A DNA stretch of 64,000 nt from NCBI GenBank assembly GCA_963845145.1, contig CAWJQU010000004.1, forward strand, positions 128,001 through 192,000, written 5' to 3'. The stretch comes from an uncultured delta proteobacterium (GTDB lineage Bacteria; Desulfobacterota; Desulfobacteria; Desulfobacterales; QNYZ01). Positions within the stretch are counted from its first letter, which is position 1. Each line of letters opens with the position of its first letter. A program made the position numbers and the translations under genes. The notes below the pieces were generated by a model that was not told the origin of the DNA, ran no database searches, and saw only the letters and a program-made list of their open reading frames with translations. Of this stretch, positions 49,793 to 59,296 are shown in pieces.

Positions 49793-50908
49793 ATGCAAAT
49801 CGGTGTTTTAAAAGAGATTAAAACCAAGGAAAACAGGGTAGCGATGACACCGGCGGGTGTCGAGCTGATGATTACTCACGGTCACCGCGTAGGCGTCGAA
49901 ACGACTGCAGGCGAAGGGTCCGGCTTTTCGGATGATGATTATAAGCAGGCGGGTGCAACCATTATCGGTTCGGCCAAAGAGATCTATCAAGACTATGAAA
50001 TGATCATGAAAGTCAAGGAGCCCCTTGGGGTGGAATTTCCCATGATACGCAAAGGGCAGGTGCTTTTTACCTATTTTCATTTTGCCGCCGGCCGGGAATT
50101 GACCCAGGCGATCATCGACAGCGGGAGTATTGCGGTTGCCTATGAAACCGTAGAAAAAGCGGACAGGTCCCTGCCGTTGTTAACCCCGATGAGTGAAGTG
50201 GCCGGCCGCATGGCCATTCAGGAAGGGGCCAAATATCTGGAGAAGACATACGGTGGAAAAGGTATTTTACTAGGAGGTGTTCCGGGCGTCAATCCCGGCA
50301 CTGTGGTCGTAATCGGCGGGGGTATCGTTGGGACCAATGCCGCTAAAATGGCTTGTGGCCTGGGGGCTAAAGTCTATCTTTTGGACAATAATTTAGAGCG
50401 ATTGCGTTATCTTTCCGACATCATGCCTAAGAACTGCTTCCCCCTTTTTTCCAACCCGGCGACCCTTCGCGGCCTGCTTGAGGATGCCGATCTCGTCGTC
50501 GGTGCGGTGTTGATCCCAGGCGCCACGGCCCCGAAACTGATTACCCGCGATATGCTCGGCCTGATGAAAAAAGGTTCGGTGATCGTGGATGTGGCTATTG
50601 ATCAGGGCGGATGTCTTGAAACGGCCAAGGCGACCACCCACGATGATCCGATTTACGAAGTGGACGGTATCGTTCATTATTGTGTGGCCAACATGCCTGG
50701 TGCGGTTTCCATGACATCCACCGTTGCGCTGACCAACGCCACCTTGCCGTACGCATTGGAACTTGCCGACAAGGGTTACCAGGCGGCGGCCAAAGAAAAT
50801 CCGGAACTGGCCAAAGGGATCAATATTATCGATGGCAAGGTGACCTACAAGGGCGTTGCCGAAGCATTTGACCTCGAATATGTCGCGTTAGAGAACGTGT
50901 TGGGCTGA
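49793..50908 (+). CDS. ald: Alanine dehydrogenase
   Basis: KEIK..ENRVA.TP, KVKEP, LPLLTPMSEVAGR, GGGIVG, DVAIDQGGC, YCVANMPGAV. Confidence 0.97.
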   Translation: MQIGVLKEIKTKENRVAMTPAGVELMITHGHRVGVETTAGEGSGFSDDDYKQAGATIIGSAKEIYQDYEMIMKVKEPLGVEFPMIRKGQVLFTYFHFAAGRELTQAIIDSGSIAVAYETVEKADRSLPLLTPMSEVAGRMAIQEGAKYLEKTYGGKGILLGGVPGVNPGTVVVIGGGIVGTNAAKMACGLGAKVYLLDNNLERLRYLSDIMPKNCFPLFSNPATLRGLLEDADLVVGAVLIPGATAPKLITRDMLGLMKKGSVIVDVAIDQGGCLETAKATTHDDPIYEVDGIVHYCVANMPGAVSMTSTVALTNATLPYALELADKGYQAAAKENPELAKGINIIDGKVTYKGVAEAFDLEYVALENVLG

Positions 50909-50961
50909 AAAATCAATTTATGACTTGGGTCAACCGGCCCATCAAAAAAGAGGAGAATACC

Positions 50962-52050
50962 ATGGCTAAAGAACTCAAAGACTGGATCGTCCCCTGGCTC
51001 TATACAGCCCGGGAGTACAATGTCGGCATTTTGGACCAGGCGATGGAGAATCCCGACAACGCTCGCCTGATGCTTAACGAGAACCCTATTCCCCCTTCGG
51101 AAAAAGTTGTCCAGGCGGTTGCAGAGAGCCTGCGTTCGGGCAACTGGTATCCGGACAGTTTTTTAAGGTTGAGAACCAAAATCGGAGCCATGTACGGCCT
51201 GGGCCCCGACAACGTGGCCCTTTGTAACGGATCGTCGGAAACCATCGATGCCATGATGCGGGTATTCCTACAGCCCGGCGATGAGTTTATGCTCTCCACA
51301 CCGACTTTCGAATTGTTCCCCCCCCGGGCGGAACTTTGCAACGCCAAGGTCGTGCAGATACCGGTCCGGGAAGAGGACCTGCAGTACGATGTGGAAGCCA
51401 TGCTCGATGCCATCAACGATCGCACGAAACTGATCCTGATCATTAATCCCAACAACCCCACGGGCGTTTTTATCGAAGATAAGGACCTTTTGCGATTTTG
51501 TGAAACGGGTGTCCCGCTTTGTGTGGATGAAGCGTATCTGGATTATAACGTGGACCGGCCTTCCAAAGCCGATTTAATTAAAGAATATCCGCAAGTGTTT
51601 CTGTCAGTGACTTTTTCCAAGGCTTATGGATTTGCCGGTGTCCGATTTGGGTTTGTCCTGGGGACCGAAGAGATGATCGCCGCTTTCAACCGCATGTTTT
51701 TGCCCTGGAACGTGAGCCGAATGTCTGCCGCCGCGGCCGAAGCTATTATCGACAATCCCGATGAGGTGAAAGCGAAGGTAGAGCACAACAACAAGTGGAT
51801 GGCCATTTTTTCTGAAGAGTTGAAAAAACTGGGTCTTAAGCCCTTTCCGGCCAATGGTAATTATATGTTGATTGATGGCACCATGACCGGTAAAACCACC
51901 GAAGAAATCTTAAAAGCAGCGATTGATGATCAAATTTATTTGAAAAAAATTGGTGAAATTCATGGAAAAAGCGGCTATTTTCGTGTAACACCAGGCACGG
52001 ATGAAGAGAATGAACGGTTCCTGACCTTCATTCGATCCTATTTCGCCTAA
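50962..52050 (+). CDS. HisC/CobD-like PLP class I/II aminotransferase
   Basis: LNENP, YPD, NGS, NPNNPTG, DEAY, TFSKAYGFAGVRFG. Confidence 0.88.
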   Translation: MAKELKDWIVPWLYTAREYNVGILDQAMENPDNARLMLNENPIPPSEKVVQAVAESLRSGNWYPDSFLRLRTKIGAMYGLGPDNVALCNGSSETIDAMMRVFLQPGDEFMLSTPTFELFPPRAELCNAKVVQIPVREEDLQYDVEAMLDAINDRTKLILIINPNNPTGVFIEDKDLLRFCETGVPLCVDEAYLDYNVDRPSKADLIKEYPQVFLSVTFSKAYGFAGVRFGFVLGTEEMIAAFNRMFLPWNVSRMSAAAAEAIIDNPDEVKAKVEHNNKWMAIFSEELKKLGLKPFPANGNYMLIDGTMTGKTTEEILKAAIDDQIYLKKIGEIHGKSGYFRVTPGTDEENERFLTFIRSYFA

Positions 52051-52073
52051 AAACGAATCTAATTTTCATATTC

Positions 52074-52109
52074 CTGCAGTCTCGCTTGGCGGGGCTGCAG
52101 TTTTTTTTT
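52074..52109 (+). terminator. Rho-independent terminator
   Basis: Stem ctgcagtctcgc / gcggggctgcag followed by T9. Confidence 0.8.
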
Positions 52110-52137
52110 GGTAAAAAGGCATGGTCCGGGTTTTTAA

Positions 52138-52983
52138 ATGGATACTTATTACGTTGATGGTGAATTTGTTAATGAGGGCCAAGCGCTCATTTCGGTCAAT
52201 GACCTGATTGTATTAAGAGGGTTTGGTGCGTTCGATTTTCTCGTTACCTACAACCGGCGGCCGTTTTATCTGAAAGAACACGTCCACCGATTGGAAGAAT
52301 CGGCAAAAAAAATCGGTCTTCAACTCAATCATTCCCACCAAGAGATTTGTGATATCGTGAAGGAGGCCGTTGATCGTAATCCCCAGCATGGCGAAGCCAA
52401 TATTCGCATTGTCTGTACCGGCGGGGTGAGTGCTGATGGCGTGTCACCGGAGGGTAACGGCAAGCTGGTCGTGATGGTTACGGCCAAGCGCCGATTGCCC
52501 GAATGGTGGTATAGCGATGGGGCCAATATCATTACGGTCGATATCGAACGCTTTATGCCCGGCGCCAAAAGTACCAACTATCTGACGGCGATCTGGGCCC
52601 TTCGGGAAGCCCACGACCAAAAAGCCATTGAATCTATATATGTGGACCGGAATAACCGCCTTCTCGAGGGCACAACCACCAATTTTTATTATTTCAAGGA
52701 TGCCAAACTGATCACCAGCCGCGTAAATATTTTGCCCGGCATTACCCGTAGTGTTATTTTGGACCTGGTGAGAGACTATTTCGAAGTCGAACTCAGGGAT
52801 ATCGATAAAAACGAGATTGACACGATGGAAGAGGTATTCATCTCCGGATCCAATAAAGAAATCATACCGGTTATTCGAATCAACGAGACCGTTATCGGTA
52901 ACGGTCGCCCCGGAATCCACACCCGAAAAGTGATGCAGCTTTTTAAAGCGTATACTACCGCTTACGGCCAGGAGCTGGTTTGA
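52138..52983 (+). CDS. Class IV aminotransferase (D-alanine/branched-chain aminotransferase-like)
   Basis: RGFGAFD, EHVHRL, AKSTNYL, EGTTTNF, ILPGITR, EVFISGS. Confidence 0.88.
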   Translation: MDTYYVDGEFVNEGQALISVNDLIVLRGFGAFDFLVTYNRRPFYLKEHVHRLEESAKKIGLQLNHSHQEICDIVKEAVDRNPQHGEANIRIVCTGGVSADGVSPEGNGKLVVMVTAKRRLPEWWYSDGANIITVDIERFMPGAKSTNYLTAIWALREAHDQKAIESIYVDRNNRLLEGTTTNFYYFKDAKLITSRVNILPGITRSVILDLVRDYFEVELRDIDKNEIDTMEEVFISGSNKEIIPVIRINETVIGNGRPGIHTRKVMQLFKAYTTAYGQELV

Positions 52984-52984
52984 G

Positions 52985-54160
52985 ATGCCATGGGGGGATT
53001 CAATTTCGGCACCCACATGGGCGGAAATCGATCTAAAATCATTGGCCCATAACTATCGGGAGCTGCGACGGGTTACGGCTCCTGAAGCCGGTATCATGGC
53101 TGTGGTCAAGGCTGACGGTTACGGTCATGGCGTCGAACAGGTGGCGCGCGTCGCATTGAATTGCGGTGCCGAAATGCTCGCCGTGGCCCGATTGAGCGAG
53201 GCGGCCCAGCTGCGGCAGGCCGGCATTAAAGCCCCTATCTTATTGTTTGGTCACTGCTTTTCCCGGGACGTGGCTTATGTGGCGGCAAACGATATTCGTG
53301 CGTCGATTAATTCCCTAACATCCGCCCGGCTTCTGTCGGCGGCCGCTCAAAAAGCCAGCGTGACCTTAAAAGTCCATATCAAGATCGATACCGGCATGGG
53401 ACGGTTGGGGTTACTGACCGACGATTTCAGTCCTGAGCCTGCCTCCCCAAAAGAGTTGGCCTCCACGGCCAAAGGCGTCTTGGCCATTGTCGCGTTGCCC
53501 CATCTCCAGGTGGAGGGGATCGGCACCCACTTTGCGAGTGCCGACATCAAGGATAAAAGCCACGCCGCCAATCAGTTTTCCCGGTTTATGGCATTGCTGG
53601 CGGACTTGGACAAAGAAGGTTTTAAGGTCCAATATCGGCATGCAGCGAATAGTGCCGCCACCATTGATATGCCCGAGACCCACCTCGATCTGGTGCGGCC
53701 TGGCGTCTCCCAATACGGGCTATGGCCCTCGGAGGAAACCGATCGAACCCGGATCGATTTAAAACCGGTCATGTCGATTAAATCGACGGTTATTCATATC
53801 AAATCGGTAGGTGAGGGCTTTGCCGTTAGTTACGGCAGTACGCATCACACCAGAGGTCCCACGCGAATCGCCACAGTCCCCATCGGCTATGCCGATGGAT
53901 TCGATCGCATTCACTCCTCAAATGGTCACATGCTGGTCAAGGGGAGGCGAGCGCCGATTGTCGGCCGGGTCTGTATGGATCTGACCATGATCGATGTGGG
54001 GCATATTCCCGATGTGAAGTTAGAGGATGAGGTCGTCATTTTGGGCCGTCAGGGGGACGAAGAAATTACGGCGGATGAGATCGCCCATCAGGTCGGCACG
54101 ATTAATTATGAAATTGTCTCGTCACTGACCCCACGGGTTAAAAGAATCTATCTTGATTGA
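52985..54160 (+). CDS. alr: Alanine racemase
   Basis: AVVKADGYGHG, KIDTGMGRLG, HAANSA, VSYG, GYADG, GRVCMD, TINYE. Confidence 0.96.
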   Translation: MPWGDSISAPTWAEIDLKSLAHNYRELRRVTAPEAGIMAVVKADGYGHGVEQVARVALNCGAEMLAVARLSEAAQLRQAGIKAPILLFGHCFSRDVAYVAANDIRASINSLTSARLLSAAAQKASVTLKVHIKIDTGMGRLGLLTDDFSPEPASPKELASTAKGVLAIVALPHLQVEGIGTHFASADIKDKSHAANQFSRFMALLADLDKEGFKVQYRHAANSAATIDMPETHLDLVRPGVSQYGLWPSEETDRTRIDLKPVMSIKSTVIHIKSVGEGFAVSYGSTHHTRGPTRIATVPIGYADGFDRIHSSNGHMLVKGRRAPIVGRVCMDLTMIDVGHIPDVKLEDEVVILGRQGDEEITADEIAHQVGTINYEIVSSLTPRVKRIYLD

Positions 54161-54193
54161 AGGTAATAGGGACGAAGACGATATGGTACGAAA

Positions 54194-55435
54194 ATGAAAA
54201 TGTATCCCATCGATTGGCAAACAGGGCGTTGGGCGGGTGGAAAGGCCGTTGAATCGGTTGCCGATATAACGATTGCCGGCGATTGGGCGCCGATTCGGGA
54301 TTTTAGCGAAACGATTCTGACCCATCCTGAAGCGGTGTACGGTGATTTATTGCCGATCCTGCGAAACAGCCATTTGCGCCTGGCCAATCTCGAATGTCCC
54401 CTGGTTGAAGGCGGAACGCCGGTACCGAAAAGTGGAACGGAGCTAAAAGGCGTTCCGGGCCATATTAAGGGCCTGACCGCGGTTCCCTTTGAGGTCGTAA
54501 CCCTGGCCAACAACCATGTGTTCGATTATGGGGTTAAAGGATTTACCGACACTCGGAACCTACTTGATCAAAACGGCATTTTAAGTACCGGGGCCGGGCT
54601 TTCCACGGCCGAAGCCGAAAAGCCTCTGATCGTTACCGTGCAGGGTATTCGGGTCGGTATTATCAGTTTCAGTGAGGGGGAAGATGGAACGGCTGCCGGG
54701 CAAGCGCGTCCGGGTGTATTCGGCTGGCAAACGGATCGCGTGATCGGCCATATCAAAAAATTACGGTCCGAGGTGCAGGTGATCATCGCCATTTGCCATG
54801 GTGGTGTGGAGTATATTCCTTTCCCACCGCCCTATCTGGTTGACACCTTCAGACGTGTGGCCGAAGCGGGGGCCGATCTTGTCATCGGGCACCACCCCCA
54901 TGTACCCCAGGGAATGGAGATACACCAGGGCGTTCCGATCTGCTACAGTTTGGGCAACTTTGTTTTTTTTCAACCCACTGATCGGTTGTATCGAAAAATC
55001 GGTTACCTCGTCCAGGTCGGTGTGAATTCGGAGGGCGTGGGAAGAATTAGACTTATTCCCTATGAAATTGGTCCTCGCCGGTTGATGCGGCTGACTGGGA
55101 AAAATCATCGTCGCTTTTTAAAAAAGATGGCCGACCTTTCCAAGCCACTGGAGCGAGCAGAAGGGGCCACCGAAGCGTGGCACGGATTTCTGAAATACTA
55201 CGGGATTGAAGGTTTTAAGGATGAAATGGGAAAAATCCTGAACCAATTGGAAAAGGAACAACCCAAGGGCGCCGCTATGTTCAGAAACCGGCTGACCACG
55301 CCCCAGCATTACCATCACCTGACAGATGTGATGACCCGAATCATGGACGGGAGCCTGGACCAGGCCCCGGCCTGGGCGTTCGATTGTGTGGCGGACTTTT
55401 TTACGCGCAGAGTCGTGGATGGATTCCCGGAGTAG
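54194..55435 (+). CDS. CapA/PgsA-family metallophosphoesterase-fold protein (no signal peptide seen)
   Basis: AGD, ANLECP, LANNHVFDYG, HGGVE, GHHPHVPQG, YSLGNF. Confidence 0.88.
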   Translation: MKMYPIDWQTGRWAGGKAVESVADITIAGDWAPIRDFSETILTHPEAVYGDLLPILRNSHLRLANLECPLVEGGTPVPKSGTELKGVPGHIKGLTAVPFEVVTLANNHVFDYGVKGFTDTRNLLDQNGILSTGAGLSTAEAEKPLIVTVQGIRVGIISFSEGEDGTAAGQARPGVFGWQTDRVIGHIKKLRSEVQVIIAICHGGVEYIPFPPPYLVDTFRRVAEAGADLVIGHHPHVPQGMEIHQGVPICYSLGNFVFFQPTDRLYRKIGYLVQVGVNSEGVGRIRLIPYEIGPRRLMRLTGKNHRRFLKKMADLSKPLERAEGATEAWHGFLKYYGIEGFKDEMGKILNQLEKEQPKGAAMFRNRLTTPQHYHHLTDVMTRIMDGSLDQAPAWAFDCVADFFTRRVVDGFPE

Positions 55436-55439
55436 TTGA

Positions 55440-56390
55440 ATGGCAACTGTCGAAAACTCGAAGATTGCCTCTTTATTCAAGAGGCCGCATATCACCATTC
55501 TCGTTGCCGATTCGGGACTGGGCGGAATGGGTATTTTTGCGGACATCGTTGCCAGGCTCAAAACCGACCCGATCTTTTCAAAGGTTTCTTTGATCTACTA
55601 CAACGCCTGGCCCGAGCAGGGCAGGGGGTACAATAGCCTAAAGACCATGAATGAGCGGGTTGGCGTTTTTGATCAGGCATTGGAAGGGATGAAACGATTT
55701 CATCCCGACCTTATTATGATTGCTTGTAATACACTCTCCACGCTTTACGCACGGACCGCTTTTAGCCGGCGCGAAACCGTTCCCGTATTGGATATCATTG
55801 GATTCGGGGTCAATTTAGTCCATGCGGCCTTAACCTCAAATGCAAAGGCAACCGCGCTTCTTATGGGGACGAGGACGACCATCGCCTCTGAGGTTCATCG
55901 CTCACAGCTTGTGGCAAGGGGTCTTGTCGGAAACCGACTTGTCGCCCAATCGTGTCATGGATTGGCAACGCTGATCGAACAGGGGCCGGCAAGCGGGGCT
56001 GTGAAAAATCGAATCGATGCTATCGGCAATGAGATCGCCGCACAATTTAGCGTGATACCTTCCGACCTGTTTTCGGCTCTGCTTTGCACGCATTTCGGAT
56101 ATAGTCGGGATTTGATTGAAAAACGGTTGGTTGAGCGGTTGCAAAGACCTCTGAAAATACTTGATCCCAACCGGTTGATGGCGGACTACCTCTTCGAAAT
56201 GACAGGAATCAAGCGTTATGATGGTGTTGACATCGATCTTCGTGTGGTGTCGCGCATTGTCTGGGATCAAAACAAAATAGATGCCATTGCACCGATCATT
56301 GAAAAGCAGTCGGCCCAAACAGCCCATGCATTAAGGGCTTACGAACGGATCCCGGATCTGTTTTCACCCCAATTAGACAACAGCAAATAG
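55440..56390 (+). CDS. Asp/Glu racemase family protein (MurI-like)
   Basis: DSGLGG, IACNT, LCTHF (two catalytic Cys), ILDP. Confidence 0.8.
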   Translation: MATVENSKIASLFKRPHITILVADSGLGGMGIFADIVARLKTDPIFSKVSLIYYNAWPEQGRGYNSLKTMNERVGVFDQALEGMKRFHPDLIMIACNTLSTLYARTAFSRRETVPVLDIIGFGVNLVHAALTSNAKATALLMGTRTTIASEVHRSQLVARGLVGNRLVAQSCHGLATLIEQGPASGAVKNRIDAIGNEIAAQFSVIPSDLFSALLCTHFGYSRDLIEKRLVERLQRPLKILDPNRLMADYLFEMTGIKRYDGVDIDLRVVSRIVWDQNKIDAIAPIIEKQSAQTAHALRAYERIPDLFSPQLDNSK

Positions 56391-56401
56391 TAGAGAAGAA
56401 G

Positions 56402-57391
56402 ATGAAAAGAGTGCTGATCATTACCGGTCCCGGTGGCGATGCCCAAGGGTGGGGCGATCTCAGTGTCACCGAAACCTTGTGCAAGGCCTTGAATTCCGAC
56501 GGTAAATCCGCAGAAATCGTCTTTGTGGAAACCATGGGTGATTTTGTGAGGGCTCTCAGTAGTAAAAGTTACGACATCGTGTGGAGTGCGCTGTACTATA
56601 TCTCCGACAAAGAAGATATTATCGGATTAAACGTTGATGATGATGCCTGGCTGGCGGATATTTTTGACCGCAAAGAGATACCCTATATCGGTCCCAGTGC
56701 GCTGACCATGAGGCAATTGATCAACAAAACCTGGACACATCGCATCTTACATAAAAATAAAATCGCGGTTCCCGTCCACCACGAGGTGGTTGCTGGTTAT
56801 GAGATTCCCGACATTCAGCTTCCCGCTTTCGTCAAACCGAGCTGTGAATCCCGCTCGGTGGGGATTAGTGACGACAGTGTGGTGAATACCGTGGCGGAGC
56901 TTAAAGCGCGTGTCCGGCATATTCACGACACCTATGAACAGCCGGCCTTGATCGAAGATTATCTGCCGGGGGCCGAGTATACGGTTTTGATGATCGGTAA
57001 TGGTAAAAACCAGGAGTTTCTGCCCGGCGTCGTCACGGTCAAAGGTGGGTTTGACGGTAAGTATCCCATCTTAAGAAGCGATATGCGTGGTGTCGGTATT
57101 ACCAAAATCGGTATTCCACAGACGCATGCCGATGAAGCCAACGCGTTGTGCCGTGAGGCTGTAACTGCTTTAAATTGTCTCGATCATGTGAGAGTGGACA
57201 TGCGTTTTGACGCCCGCGAACAGCTGAAGATCATCGAGGTCAACGGAATACCGGGCCTAAAACCCATTAAAAGCTGGAGCCCTCAAATGTATACCCTCTA
57301 CCACGGATCGGCCGAGGGCCCAGTAGAAGATTACCGGCAGCTTGTTCATCGAATCGCCGAATCGGGCCTGGAAAGATACAACCTTCTCTAA
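56402..57391 (+). CDS. D-Ala-D-Ala-ligase-like ATP-grasp enzyme, divergent
   Basis: IPYIGP, NK, FVKP...RSVGI, IEDYLPGAEYTV, RVDMR, IEVNGIPG; lacks the Ddl LHG..GEDG motif. Confidence 0.78.
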   Translation: MKRVLIITGPGGDAQGWGDLSVTETLCKALNSDGKSAEIVFVETMGDFVRALSSKSYDIVWSALYYISDKEDIIGLNVDDDAWLADIFDRKEIPYIGPSALTMRQLINKTWTHRILHKNKIAVPVHHEVVAGYEIPDIQLPAFVKPSCESRSVGISDDSVVNTVAELKARVRHIHDTYEQPALIEDYLPGAEYTVLMIGNGKNQEFLPGVVTVKGGFDGKYPILRSDMRGVGITKIGIPQTHADEANALCREAVTALNCLDHVRVDMRFDAREQLKIIEVNGIPGLKPIKSWSPQMYTLYHGSAEGPVEDYRQLVHRIAESGLERYNLL

Positions 57392-57393
57392 CT

Positions 57394-58263
57394 TTGCCCA
57401 AAACTGAATTGATGACCATACCCTACGACCCGCATTTGTATGCCGACCTAAACCATAGTGACCGGGTTTCGGGGACCGATCCGTCTGGTGGTTTCAAATA
57501 TGATCTGGATCTTTCCATCCCAGCGCTCACCACCGCTATTCACGCCGGCCACACGGTTCGCCACGAGTTGGCGGCGTTGATGACCCTATCAGAAATAGAG
57601 CGGCAAAAAGAAGAAGACACCGCCACAGACCGGATCATTCAAAGCTGTCCCAACCGCTTGTGGGGATTGGATTCCCGGGCGGAATATGACCTCAATCGAC
57701 CACCGGAACTGGCACTGCCCCTGACACCGGAGATGTTTTGGGGTACCCGTGTCTTTGGCAAACAACTACCAACGGATGCGATGAATCAGCGCAGCCTGGA
57801 TAAATATGAAGCCTTATATCGATTTGTCGCCACCGTGATCAAAGTGCTTTTAGATCGTTTCGGTAATTGCGTCATCTACGACATCCATTCCTACAACATT
57901 TTGCGCCAGATCAAAAAAGGGCACTTGGCACCGCCGTTATTTAATCTGGGCACACGGGCAATCGATCAAGCCCGGTGGGATACACTGGTCGTAGCGTGGC
58001 TGGAAGAGTTGAAAAAAATAAACGTCCCCGACAGTGTTACCTCTGTGGCCGAAAATGATGTGTTTGGAGGGCGAGGGGAATTTTGCCGCCGCTTGACCCG
58101 GTGGGATCCGAATATTTTGGTCCTGCCCACCGAAATTTCAAAGATCTATATGGATGAAAGAAGCGGGGTGGTCCATGATTCTAAGGTCCATGCGTTGAGA
58201 AAGGGATTGGCCCAAGCTGTCACCACGCATAGCCGTGAATTTCAACAGGCGTATGCGATGTAA
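57394..58263 (+). CDS. N-formylglutamate amidohydrolase family protein
   Basis: IHAGH, EED..TD, SRAEYDLNR, YDIHSY, FNLGT, END.FGG, LPTEISK. Confidence 0.8.
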   Translation: MPKTELMTIPYDPHLYADLNHSDRVSGTDPSGGFKYDLDLSIPALTTAIHAGHTVRHELAALMTLSEIERQKEEDTATDRIIQSCPNRLWGLDSRAEYDLNRPPELALPLTPEMFWGTRVFGKQLPTDAMNQRSLDKYEALYRFVATVIKVLLDRFGNCVIYDIHSYNILRQIKKGHLAPPLFNLGTRAIDQARWDTLVVAWLEELKKINVPDSVTSVAENDVFGGRGEFCRRLTRWDPNILVLPTEISKIYMDERSGVVHDSKVHALRKGLAQAVTTHSREFQQAYAM

Positions 58264-58435
58264 CAACCGTTTTTTCGGGTAGGTATCACATCTGTGATTT
58301 CGTGGCGTTTATTGCTATTGTCATTTCCATTGCTCCCGATCCGTCTGTACCCCTGGATTTTTGGGCTCGATTCTCTTATGTTAATTGTAAGTGGGCGTAT
58401 CTTTTCATTTTAAATATTGGTATTCTGGTTAAAAT

Positions 58436-59296
58436 ATGACTGAATCTAATCAAACCATTCCATTGCACCCCTTCGGCCTAACCGGACGACAGGTCACCCG
58501 GGTGGGCTTGGGCGGTGAAGGCGTTTTAAGAACCCATGGGCGCACCGCTGAAGCCCAGGCGGTTATTTTGGCCGCGTATAACGCCGGCATCACCTATTTC
58601 GATTCCGGGCATGTTTATGCCGACAGCGAGGTTTATCTGGGTTCCATTTATAAACAAGACCCTGAGATTCGAAACGGTGTTTTCCAGGCCAGTAAATCGG
58701 CCAGCCGGGATTATCAGGGGGCCATGACCGATTTAACGAACACGTTAAAGCGGCTTCAAACCGACTATCTTGATCTTTGGCAGATTCACGATGTGCGCAC
58801 CGAGGATGATTTAAATCGGATTTCAGCTTCCGAGGGGGCGTTAAAGGCATTTGCAGAGGCCAAAGCATCAGGCCGTGTCAAACACATTGGCGTGACCGGT
58901 CACGAAAGTCCGGCTATTTTAACTCAGGCGGTGAAAATGTGGCCGGTAGATACTGTGATGATGCCGGTCAATCCAGCGGAGGCGGTCATTGGTGGATTTT
59001 TAGACCAGACCCTGCCCCAGGCCCAAAAAAAGGGCGTGGCCGTCATCGCCATGAAGGTGCTGGGCGGTGGGCATTATGTGGCTCCGGAGCAGGGGGTAAC
59101 GGCGGATCACCTGATTCGGTTTGCGCTTTCCTATGATATCGGCGTGGCCATTGTCGGCTGCTCGACCGCGGCCGAAGTTCGTACCCTGGTAGCGGCCGGA
59201 TGTACAAAGACGCTACTTTCCCAGGACGAGCGGACTGCACTGGTCCAAAAGTTTAGCCCCAACGCAAAACAGTTGGCATATTATCGGGGGCTGTGA
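58436..59296 (+). CDS. Aldo/keto reductase
   Basis: GITYFDS...Y, ASKS, LQTDYLDLWQIH, IGVTGH, AMK. Confidence 0.88.
   Translation: MTESNQTIPLHPFGLTGRQVTRVGLGGEGVLRTHGRTAEAQAVILAAYNAGITYFDSGHVYADSEVYLGSIYKQDPEIRNGVFQASKSASRDYQGAMTDLTNTLKRLQTDYLDLWQIHDVRTEDDLNRISASEGALKAFAEAKASGRVKHIGVTGHESPAILTQAVKMWPVDTVMMPVNPAEAVIGGFLDQTLPQAQKKGVAVIAMKVLGGGHYVAPEQGVTADHLIRFALSYDIGVAIVGCSTAAEVRTLVAAGCTKTLLSQDERTALVQKFSPNAKQLAYYRGL

Noticed and set aside
54194..55435. Canonical poly-gamma-glutamate capsule operon
   Set aside because: No capB/pgsB or capC/pgsC in the window, and this CapA has no visible signal or TM segment.
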